Shown: positions 54,725 to 64,000 of the stretch, piece by piece
Position numbering within the stretch: the first letter of the stretch is position 1
How the letters are laid out: every line of letters starts with the position of its first letter
NCBI GenBank assembly: GCA_021613535.1
Contig: CP075497.1
Span: forward strand, 11,718,001-11,782,000
Length of the DNA stretch: 64,000 nucleotides
Direction of reading: 5' to 3'
From: Adineta vaga
Lineage: Eukaryota; Animalia; Rotifera
Position numbers and translations under genes: made by a program
Notes under the pieces: model-generated
What the model was told of the DNA's origin: nothing
The model's database searches: none
What the model saw: only the letters and a program-made list of their open reading frames with translations

Positions 54725-55625
54725 TTGATGCTCCGGTTGTTTTGTATTTTACTGCAGTGGGAGTTGAAGTCGATACCGGTTGTGGAGTACCTTCAAAAGA
54801 GAAAGAATTTTAATTAATTTTCAAAGACTATTTTTCGAGCAAAAACTCGGTAAAAGATTTCATTATCTCAAAGTGTCACGAATGCTTACTGGTTAGTGTA
54901 CCTGTACTTTTCGATTTTGATGATACTTCCATAGAACTCATAGCTGCTGCCATCGATTCTTCACCACCATCATATAATTCAATCAAATGCACAATATGTA
55001 ATGCTCCATGATGTAATGCATTGCTTTCTACACGCAACTCAGTACCTGGTCCCAATAGTATTTCCTTTTCATCGGGAAAACTTGTATATCCAGTAATATC
55101 TTTAGCATTTCTAGTCTCGATCATCAGAAGAGTGGCATTCGTGTTCGATCCGAGAAAATCTTGAACAACTTCCAATTCCATTGAACACGAACTTATACTC
55201 CACCATGTTAGTATATCACCCTTCTTGAATTGTTTACTAATATCTCCGGATATACCTCTCCAAACAGATCTTTTGACAGTGGGTAGTTTGGCGAGGGCTG
55301 TATCGAATAGTTTGAGAAACCCAAACCAAGATCGAAGTGCTCGACGATTTTCTGAGCGGAGAGCCTCATTCAATATGCGATAAAAACTGTTATCACCACC
55401 TTCCATCGTATACAAAAATACAGCAGCCGACTCATCCTTAGTCAACTGATGTTTTGATGAGTGACAGCAGTGTTTTTTAGCTTCTTTGATGGATCGATCT
55501 AGTCCATTAATACGATCCATAACAGGTTCTAAAGCTTGTTCAAGTGGGACTAAAGAATGTTGCCAATAGGCACCGATTGGTGGTAACTTTTTGTTACCGA
55601 TCTCACCTTCCAAGAATCTATTCAT
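54725..55625 (-). CDS. NAD+:arginine ADP-ribosyltransferase (ARTC/R-S-E class); 3' exons uncertain
   Basis: LTKDESAAVFLYT, FYRILNEALR, VWRG, SISSCS, FPDEKEILL (ExE). Donor near 54889 and a small exon ~54725-54790. Confidence 0.88.
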
Positions 55626-56227
55626 ATTTGTCCAACTAGTATATCTGATAAAATGGTATACAAAGTATAGCATGCAAAAATTCGAAAAAACTTACGTATT
55701 TTTTATATTTCGAATTGTTTAAATCGTAAATGTTGCTTTTTTCGAACTTAATGTCTAAGAATGTAAGTTGGCAGAATAAAAGCGCACTTCTGTTTTCATT
55801 CTTTCTTTTTCTCTTTTTGTTGTTGTTACAATGTTTACAGTTGCCAATGCAGCGTTGTCGATTCATCACTGGCTTCTCAATAACAACAACATTGAAAAAG
55901 AATAATAATTCTTTGAAAGTTTGTGTTTTCATTAAGTTTGAAGATAGAAGCATTTCTTTTTTCGCACGTCGCCATTAAAAGAAAAATTCTACAAAATCTA
56001 CCTTCAAGATGAATGCGGATATCAGTTTACATAGAAAGAATACAAAAGGCTGAGAATGTGTGATCTATAATATATCCTCACCTACACCCACACCCTACTT
56101 TTCTTTGTTACTTTAACCCATTCGGAAGTCTTTGAATAGAAAGACTCATCAATCAAAATGGTATACAAACAAAATTATCCAATAGATTTCAGATACTATT
56201 ATTATTTGATTATCTAACACATATTTA

Positions 56228-57865
56228 TTAAAACCGTGTCACTGTGATAAACTCCGATGATTCGACATAATCGACTATTTTAACTTCACTATGGGATAAT
56301 TTATCTTCTTTGTTTGAATAGATTTTAACAGGCCATAGTTTATGAAGTACATAGTACAAACCACCACTAATAATAATTCCCAGGAACAAATTGAATTGAT
56401 ACATTCTAGTTACTATCAATGGAACATGTGCACCAATTGCACCAACAAACCCAGCAGCATTAATTAGTATTCCCGCAATATAAGCAGCATAAGCTCGCCA
56501 ATTAATTCCATATGTGTAGTAGTAAAGACCATCGGATGATCCTGAGAAAAGTTCATCTGTTTCTAAATACTGGTGTCGAACAAGATAATAATCAGAGAAC
56601 ATGACACCAGCAATTGCACTAACAAATGTAGAATAAGCTGATAAATAGGAGATAAACGATGAAGACTTGGAAAATAGATACCATGGACAGATGCATAGAC
56701 CAACTATAGAACAGATATAACCAGATCGTCTCATATTTAAATATTTTGGGCAAATAGCTGTTAGATCACATCCAGCAGAAATACTATTACCAGCAATATT
56801 TACACCTAGTTGTGCTAGGCAAAACGAGAGTGAAATTAAAAATACACCTATACGTGTAGATGGCGATGGCATATTATTGAGAAATGTGTTCAAAAGTTCT
56901 AATGGATTCCAAATTTCTCTGTTATAGATAGCTTTTGATGAAGATCCAATGATAAGACCAATGAAACTGGTTATCGAAAATGCTACGGGAATGGCTATGA
57001 TTTGTGGCCAGAATACGATTGATGGTCGAGTAGCAAATCTTGTATAATCAGAAATGTTAATAATTATTGTAACAAAGCTAGATATACAATTCATTATTGC
57101 AGTAATCCACGTCCATATTCGAACAGTCGGTGTTGACGTTGCTGATGATACTGCTAGCTGCTGAAGAATAGGCTGGAAACCTTTCGCTTTCACTACAACC
57201 CATACAAAGAAGAGTAGACCAGCCATAGGAACAACAATTGCTTTTACTGTAAATAAATAACGCATTTTTTGTGCTGGAAACCATATAGCAATGTTCGATA
57301 ATGACCAAAAGATTATAAATCCAATAAAATCTCGTGTATTCGTTCCTGACGAACTTGGAAGTGTGTTTTGTAAATAATGATATGATGGTATAGCGGCACG
57401 AATACAAATAACGACACATTGTCCGCCCATCCAGGCTTGTACACCATACCAAACACAGGACATGATGCTTCGATTGAGAATAGGCCATAGACTACCAAAG
57501 ATACCGAATGATGCACGTCCAATCACTGGAAATGAGATATGATAAACAGCACCAGTTTGACCTGAGATACAAATAAATACTGCAACAATGAAATAGCCAA
57601 TCCAAACACACAACCAAGCTTCCCACCACGATAAACCGCCATCCCCTGAAATGATGGCACTTATTACCATCCATGTCGCAATGTTTATAGCATCTGCCAG
57701 CCAAAATGCCACATAATTCCAAGTGCCCCAATGACGTTCTTCAGCTTCAATAACTTTCAAATCATCATTTTGAAGCATTGCTTCTACTCCACTTCGATGT
57801 TCGACAGTCGAATCAGCATAAATCCATGTAAGTTTCCCCATCGTAAGATTGTTGGTTGGATTACC
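56228..57865 (-). CDS. NCS1 nucleobase:cation symporter (Fur4/Dal4-like uracil/allantoin permease); 5' end uncertain
   Basis: LQNDDLK...WGTWNYVAFW, YHISFPVIGRASFGIFGS, WYGVQAWMGG, SDYTRFA, IWNPL, NIAGN, PKYLNMRR, GINWRAYAAY; about 12 TMs in one long exon. Confidence 0.93.
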   Translation of the reverse strand, partial: GNPTNNLTMGKLTWIYADSTVEHRSGVEAMLQNDDLKVIEAEERHWGTWNYVAFWLADAINIATWMVISAIISGDGGLSWWEAWLCVWIGYFIVAVFICISGQTGAVYHISFPVIGRASFGIFGSLWPILNRSIMSCVWYGVQAWMGGQCVVICIRAAIPSYHYLQNTLPSSSGTNTRDFIGFIIFWSLSNIAIWFPAQKMRYLFTVKAIVVPMAGLLFFVWVVVKAKGFQPILQQLAVSSATSTPTVRIWTWITAIMNCISSFVTIIINISDYTRFATRPSIVFWPQIIAIPVAFSITSFIGLIIGSSSKAIYNREIWNPLELLNTFLNNMPSPSTRIGVFLISLSFCLAQLGVNIAGNSISAGCDLTAICPKYLNMRRSGYICSIVGLCICPWYLFSKSSSFISYLSAYSTFVSAIAGVMFSDYYLVRHQYLETDELFSGSSDGLYYYTYGINWRAYAAYIAGILINAAGFVGAIGAHVPLIVTRMYQFNLFLGIIISGGLYYVLHKLWPVKIYSNKEDKLSHSEVKIVDYVESSEFITVTRF

Positions 57866-58476
57866 TAAAAATAGGTAGACTATTGTTTTTATAAATTTAT
57901 TTTCATTTATCTTCATAAGATGAGTTAGTGAGTATTGCTTCCTTCTGTCATAGGTAAACTTGGTTTACTTTCATTATTCATATTCGAATTTTGGAGAAAC
58001 ATCATATAGAAGGTGAAAAAATCAATTAACATACCAAAAAAACGAAAATATTCGCTTATCTAAGTAATTTGCCATTTCATTTTTGATACGCAAAGATCAT
58101 TCATTGTTGATCTTTACAAAAACGTTGCTTATAGTTGATATCCATAGACAATCTTGTTGTTATACAATTCTGATTAAGGGAGCTGCCCACTTAAAAATTC
58201 ATTTTTCGTACAATAAAAACAAGGAAGTTTCTACCATCTTGAAGGTGAGCGTGGATGATAGAAGGTAAAAATTTAAAACTCTCCACCAAGAACAATAACC
58301 ACTGTTCGGAAGAAAAACTTCAAATACTCCCTCACCATTTCAATTTTGATATTTTAAATAAATAAATCTCTTCTTAAGGTAAATAAAAAGTCTTCGAATA
58401 ACAGCACATTTTATTATCAGAGTTAACAATGATCACTCATAATTAAAAACTATTTATATGAATCAATTATCAAATG

Positions 58477-59944
58477 TCAAGCAATTCGTACAAATCCTGT
58501 TGCAGTTAATTGATATAGACCAGCACCTACTCGAATAGTATCACCGACATTCAAACTTCCCAGTGTTTCAATATCTGAATCAAGTGTATGTAAAGAACCA
58601 CCAGTTTTATGAGCAATATCTAATAATTTTTGATTAACATAAGTATTACTAGCAAGTCGACAGACAATGACTTTAATTGGTTTTGTCACTTTATCCAAAA
58701 GAATTAAATCTCTTGGTGTTGCACCGTTGTCAGCAATATGAATGATATTTTGACATGTCGGACAATTAGCTATTGTATAGAGGATGGCTTCAATATCGTT
58801 TTCTGGCGTATCACCACCGCTTCCACTTGTTTTAGCTGTATTTAATGTTGCCAAAACTTTCGCAATGCCTTCACTTGTATATACACCGTAGATACCACCT
58901 AATGAAAGTTACAAATACGTCAAATTCAACGTTATTCTACTCAAAAACTCTCTTACCTGTAGATCCGATAACTTTGTCTGCGTCGGGAGTCTTGTCACCA
59001 TCATTGAAAAAAGCAAAGTATTGGACAAATTTGTTTGTATGACTCAATGCCATCCATTTGTCAATTTGAGCATAACAACCAGCCATACTTCCAGTAACAT
59101 CAATGGCAGCTCCAATATCTGTCCAGTTGTGTCTACTTAGAACACCCGTTACAGTTTGCTCATCGATTGTCGAAGGACGAGCTAAATTTGAAAGAAAATG
59201 CTGCTTATATGATCATGAAATTCTGTTAAAAATGAAACAAGGACTGAAACTCAGTCGCAATTTATAACAGAAGACTTACTCGAAGTTTGAGTAGTACTTT
59301 CAGTCGTAGTAGTTGTTGGAGGTACATCTAAATCAATAAGAATATTTAATTCTCATCAGTCATTGTAAATATTACATCAACTAACAAGTTCCTGAACACG
59401 CAATTCCGACATGCATATCACGTGTACATTGATGTTGAAACAATGCACCGAAGTGACAATCATTCAAATTTCGTGCATCACTTGTGCAATTGAAATTATC
59501 CAATACAAATTCGCATGGAACAACAAATGGATCACTGTTATATTCAAAATAACACTTATCATGAAGATCAATAGGTGATGCATGCCATTCGAAGTTCGTC
59601 GAAAACATTTGTAGTTTTTTGTTCTGTGATCGACAAGCAGCTTCAGCTGCAACTCGATCGAAACCATGATGACAAACCATTCCTTCGACACTGAAATGTT
59701 GTTTCATTGTTGGTGACAATGGTGATGTTAGTTCCATGTCGATTTTGATTCGAAGAGGAGCTTCTTTGGTGACTTGAATGTTAGTAATATTTCGTTGATA
59801 GGTAAGAAGACTATGAATGCTGGAGCAAGTTTTATCGATCGATTTTATCATACGATCGAGACCAGAATTTTGTTGTGGAACATTGAACGTCGTTGCTAGA
59901 GAGAAGCAGAAGATGAATGAAAGTAGAACGATTGAATGAAACAT
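58477..59944 (-). CDS. Secreted chimeric protein: SRCR domain, Thr-rich linker and vWA-like domain, 4 exons
   Basis: Signal peptide MFHSIVLLSFIFCFSLA. SRCR motifs GMVCHHGFD..A..ACR and LDNFNC...L.DC...HQC...VGIACS. Exon ~59281-59328 VPPTTTTTEST. Exon ~58958-59182 AIDVTGSM...FFNDGD. Exon 58477-~58899 GGDTPENDIEAIL...IADN...IAHKTGGSLH. Confidence 0.8.
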
Positions 59945-61202
59945 TGTTGTGGAAGGCGAAATGTGAATTGAAAATGAAAGAGACGAGTGATGTTGCAGTT
60001 TCTTATATAGAATGGTAGTTTGATTTATATGTCTCATCAGTTCCTTCGAGGAACTCATATAAAGTCATGTCATAAAAGTTTTATTCAGAATCTTATGTAT
60101 AAATGTATTTTTCCAGGATTGACGCACAGGTTGTCATGATGAATGCGAAAAAAACAGACTTGGTAAGTAATAAATGACTAACAGCTATCAAAAGTCCTGG
60201 AAGACAAAAGTTATCGCCGACTTCTTTTTATGAGTTATATATCGTGGCCATTTCTCATTGCTTTTCAGCATTTAAAAGGCGAAGAAAGAATGAAAAACAA
60301 TTATATCTGTAGTAATAAAACTTCCATAGTCAAGACAACTCAGACAGAGATCGTTGTAATTCATAGCCAAATGTACGATACATTAATTCTAGATATCGTA
60401 TAAGCATTCGAATTCAGCGACAAATCAGATGCAGTTTATTGTTCGATGATGTCACTGATAATACGTAGACATCATTTATGATGCAAAAAGATTTTACGTA
60501 GTTATCGCTGAATGATTGTAGATGACATGACTTCATATCAGTTCCTCGAAGGAACTGATGAGACATATAAATCAAACTACCATTCTATATAAGAAACTGC
60601 AATATCACTCGTCTCTTTTATTTTCAATTCACATTTCGCCTTTCACAACAATGTTTCATTCAATCGTTCTACTTTCATTCATCTTCTGCTTCTCTCTAGC
60701 AACGACGTTCAATGTTCCACAACAAAATTCTGGTCTCGATCGTATGATAAAATCAATCGATAAAACCTGCTCCAGCATTCATAGTCTTCTTACCTATCAA
60801 CGAAATATTACTAACATTCAAGTCACCAAAGAAGCTCCTCTTCGAATCAAAATCGACATGGAACTAACATCACCATTGTCACCAACAATGAAACAACATT
60901 TCAGTGTCGAAGGAATGGTTTGTCATCATGGTTTCGATCGAGTTGCAGCTGAAGCTGCTTGTCGATCACAGAACAAAAAATTACAAATGTTTTCGACGAA
61001 CTTCGAATGGCATGCATCACCTATTGATCTTCATGATAAGTGTTATTTTGAATATAACAGTGATCCATTTGTTGTTCCATGCGAATTTGTATTGGATAAT
61101 TTCAATTGCACAAGTGATGCACGAAATTTGAATGATTGTCACTTCGGTGCATTGTTTCAACATCAATGTACACGTGATATGCATGTCGGAATTGCATGTT
61201 CA
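59393..61202. repeat. Inverted duplication: arms 59393-60073 and 60522-61202 (681 bp each), 448-bp spacer
   Basis: Base-by-base comparison shows about 9 mismatches over 681 bp. Confidence 0.97.
60537..60593 (+). promoter_or_regulatory. Duplicated promoter: palindrome ATCAGTTCCT-CGA-AGGAACTGAT (contains TTCN3GAA) and TATA box TATATAAG
   Basis: TATATAAG about 65 nt upstream of the ATG at 60651; mirrored copy at ~60002-60058. Confidence 0.5.
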
Positions 61203-61205
61203 TAA
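60651..61205 (+). CDS. Secreted SRCR-only protein (184 aa), truncated duplicate of the SRCR-vWA gene
   Basis: Protein identical to exon 1 of 58477-59944; TAA directly after the last SRCR residues (IACS*). Confidence 0.8.
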   Translation: MFHSIVLLSFIFCFSLATTFNVPQQNSGLDRMIKSIDKTCSSIHSLLTYQRNITNIQVTKEAPLRIKIDMELTSPLSPTMKQHFSVEGMVCHHGFDRVAAEAACRSQNKKLQMFSTNFEWHASPIDLHDKCYFEYNSDPFVVPCEFVLDNFNCTSDARNLNDCHFGALFQHQCTRDMHVGIACS

Positions 61206-61411
61206 CATCAACTAGAATGTTAAATGTTTTTGTCATACTGTTCTTATTTAAGTGAGAATAAACAATCGTAAATATCGATTTTGATTGCTTTTTAGCTTTC
61301 TCAAAAAACAATTGAGTCTTTTACATTTGTATGAAAGACAAAAGAAAACATCACGTATAAAAAAATACATCTATGACTGTAGTGTAAGTGAAAGAGATGG
61401 TAATAAAATTT

Positions 61412-62410
61412 CTATTGAAAACGTTCTTTCGCTTCTTGACGTTCTTGCCAAACAGTAGCACCGGAACAAGTACAGAGACGTTTGGTATTTTCAAAAATAC
61501 CAGCAGACCGAGCAATAATCCCACAAGCAACGCGTCTAGATTCAAAATTGAATTCTTCCTACATATATTCGAAGAAAAAACTTACTGAGAATCGGAATTT
61601 TGAACAACAAATGATCGTCCAATAATATCAGGTACACGTACATAACGATTGAGTAAACGAAAATCAGCTGATCCTCTTTCATCAGTCATTACTTGACCAA
61701 GAGTACCATTTGATGCATTGGCAAGTTTCGATGGTTGATAACTATTCCCACAACTAAATAATAATAGAACATGGATTTCATTTGATCGATTGAAGAGGAC
61801 CAGTAGTACCTGTCACATCCATTGGAAAGATCACCATATTCATGAATATTAATTTGTGCAGGAGAATTCGGTGAAAGACCATCAATTGTTCCTTCAATAA
61901 TACATTGTTCATCATCTGTTTGTATAAATCGAACTAAACCATGAACACGACGTTCAACTGGTCGATTCATATTACTATAAAGTGCAGAAACTGCAGCTGC
62001 ACCAAATGATTTCCCTATAGATGAAACGGGATCTGTCATTACTATGCAAATAAAAATAGTTTTCATACCAGTGCCCAAAAGTACAGCATCTGTATTCAAT
62101 GATTGTTCTATTAATTTTTGAATTTTTGTTGATTGTATTGATGTATCTAACACTACTCTTTTCAATGCGAGATCAATATTGATATTTGCAATATCTAAAA
62201 TATATTTTCGTTTTGATGATTATTCATTTAAGATATTATCTACCTTTTTGATCAGCTAATATTTTTTGTAATTGATCAACTTGTTCTTGTCGATTTAAAT
62301 CTACCAAGAATTCCAGCTAAAATAATATATCCTTGTTTCATTAATCATCGAAAAAGTACTAGATCAAAATTCGTCACCTTGGTACTAGCTGTTGGTGTTG
62401 TTTCCGTCAT
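61412..62410 (-). CDS. CCS: Copper chaperone for superoxide dismutase, multi-exon
   Basis: LEFLV, AVLLGTG, GLVRFIQ...CIIEGTIDGLSP...IHEYGDLSNGCD, IIGRSFVV, GIIARSAGIFENTKRLCTCSG (domain III CxC). Confidence 0.92.
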
Positions 62411-62612
62411 ATTTTTTCTAAAATAATTCAAGATATAATATTTCTATTAGAAGTAATAAATTCTCTATTCGATATTGACAAATAGAACAACGAGATTATA
62501 TGACAGATTAAAGATAGACAAAAAAAAGAGGCATAACTATTGGAGAAAACAAATAAGATATTGATTAGAAGAATAGACACAGAAAAAGAAGAGAAAATAA
62601 TCTGAATAAATG

Positions 62613-63295
62613 TTATTTATTTGTAGGTGAAGTCGACGTTGGCGGTGGTGGTTTTCGTGCTGTACGTTGTTTTTCAAAACGATTTTCCATTTCAATTAAA
62701 ACTTGTGGTGAATAACGTACAACTAATTTCACACTGCCTTGTGCTTGTTTAAGTAATTCTACAGCTTTCTCATGATATTCATTCTCAACAGAAACACCAT
62801 TGACTGATAATAATTGATCGCCTTTTTTCAGTCCACCATGTTTCCAAGCGACACCGTTTGGAATTATACGTGAAATGTATATAGGAGAGTTTTGTTCCCG
62901 TCCGCCCATAACATTAAATCCGAGACCTTCTTGAGTTTTAGGTAATTCAATGACACGTGGATGTGAATGACCTTCACTAGCAGCAAAAGCAGCAACCTAA
63001 ATACAAAACAAAACAAAATATCGAACTAAAGATTGAAATCGTTGAATAAACTAACAGTTGCTTTTGCAGTTGCATTCGCTCGAACTTCTGGTGAACCCGA
63101 GATTTGAACTGTTTCATAAATTTTCTCATAAACTTCCAAAACTGCATGAAAAAAATCACTTTGAAAAATACGTTGTAATTCGAGTAATTTCGCCTCTGGA
63201 ATCTCACTTGTTGTACGTAAGCGATCAAGAAGAACGATCGCTCGTTTAACATCTTCTTCTAAATTAAGTGAAGATTCTCCTGTTGCTGCAGACAT
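62613..63295 (-). CDS. LIN7: Protein lin-7 homolog (L27 + PDZ), 2 exons
   Basis: [31 protein letters not shown]|[46 protein letters not shown]. Confidence 0.96.
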
Positions 63296-63350
63296 TATCT
63301 GAAATAGATAAAGAAAACAAAACAAAATAACCAACCACCAATTAGATTAT

Positions 63351-63713
63351 TTAACCGAATAAAATTAAAAATAAAATTGTTATAATATTAAAAGCAATTA
63401 ATGGAACTAAAAATAAACTCAAATTAACAAATAATTAAAACAAAAATATCATTCTACCTCGCATGACTGTTCGAACAGATCGAATTAGTGTAAATAATTG
63501 GTGTTTCGCTCCTCCGGTATTTTGAAATTCATTCGCATAACCACTCGTATCTTGATAACCCTTTCCGCTCCCTAAACAATCAAAATCGATTTGAGTTTAC
63601 TAAGAAAAAACGTTTCTTTTACATTTTGAAAGAAATCTTTGTTCATTAAGAATTGCCACGGCATTAATACAAAGAATAGCAGCTTCTATTAAACTATACA
63701 AAGTAAATCCCAT
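63351..63713 (-). CDS. IER3IP1: Immediate early response 3-interacting protein 1 (Yos1 family), 3 exons; absent from the ORF track
   Basis: MGFTLYSLIEAAILCINAVAILNEQRFLSK...AKHQLFTLIRSVRTVMR|VPLIAFNIITILFLILFG*. Confidence 0.93.
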
Positions 63714-63915
63714 TCTCAATCTAAAAAGAAAAAAGTTAAAAAATGATTTTGTGATTAATTAAATGTCTTTGTTTCTGTAATGTCAATTAAATTAAATATG
63801 AATACAAAATAATAATAAAAACTTTTTCCTTTTAATTTATAACGAACCTAACTAATCATGATAAATATAAAAATCTTAATCGATAACAAAAGAAAAAAAA
63901 AGAACCAAATATTCT

Positions 63916-64000
63916 CTAATGTTTTGCATTCGTTTGTCCATTCACAGTTTTATTTGGATGAAGTGCTTTGCGAATCATTTGTTCATATTTATTCAAATCA
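63916..64000 (-). CDS. Probable C-terminus of a gene entering from beyond the window
   Basis: Open frame DLNKYEQMIRKALHPNKTVNGQTNAKH* runs to the window edge. Confidence 0.45.
   Translation of the reverse strand, partial: DLNKYEQMIRKALHPNKTVNGQTNAKH

Noticed and set aside
59945-60058. N-terminal extensions of the SRCR ORFs in the ORF track
   Set aside because: They run through the TATA box, and the signal peptide starts at the downstream Met (59944 and 60651).
60555-60580. Hammerhead core CTGATGA in the duplicated promoter
   Set aside because: No stem II followed by GAAA.

Overview
AT-rich eukaryotic (animal) genomic DNA with short (~50-60 nt) GT-AG introns. The mix of conserved metazoan genes, apparently horizontally acquired genes, an ART gene and an F-box/LRR gene suggests a bdelloid rotifer (Adineta/Rotaria-like); this is inference only. 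Metazoan genes: RNF41, Otx, SNU13, TRAPPC13, NOPCHAP1-like, FBXO16, TMEM86, an EMI+EGF protein, a protocadherin, PRC1, taxilin, CCS, LIN7 and IER3IP1. Candidate foreign genes: 2OG-Fe(II) oxygenase, SAM O-methyltransferase, fungal-type NCS1 permease and a bacterial-type vWA domain. Main observations: (1) two tightly packed co-oriented clusters, NOPCHAP1-TRAPPC13-SNU13-orf and orf-IER3IP1-LIN7-CCS, with mostly 55-202 nt stop-to-ATG gaps and 3' splice sites just upstream of the ATGs, i.e. candidate SL trans-spliced operons. (2) A 681-bp inverted duplication giving a head-to-head pair: a chimeric SRCR+vWA secreted protein and an SRCR-only twin that differs only by synonymous changes. (3) A ~31-copy 93-bp tandem array with one 106-bp insert bounded by a 6-bp duplication and degenerate inverted flanks. 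Exon boundaries were read by eye and are approximate.
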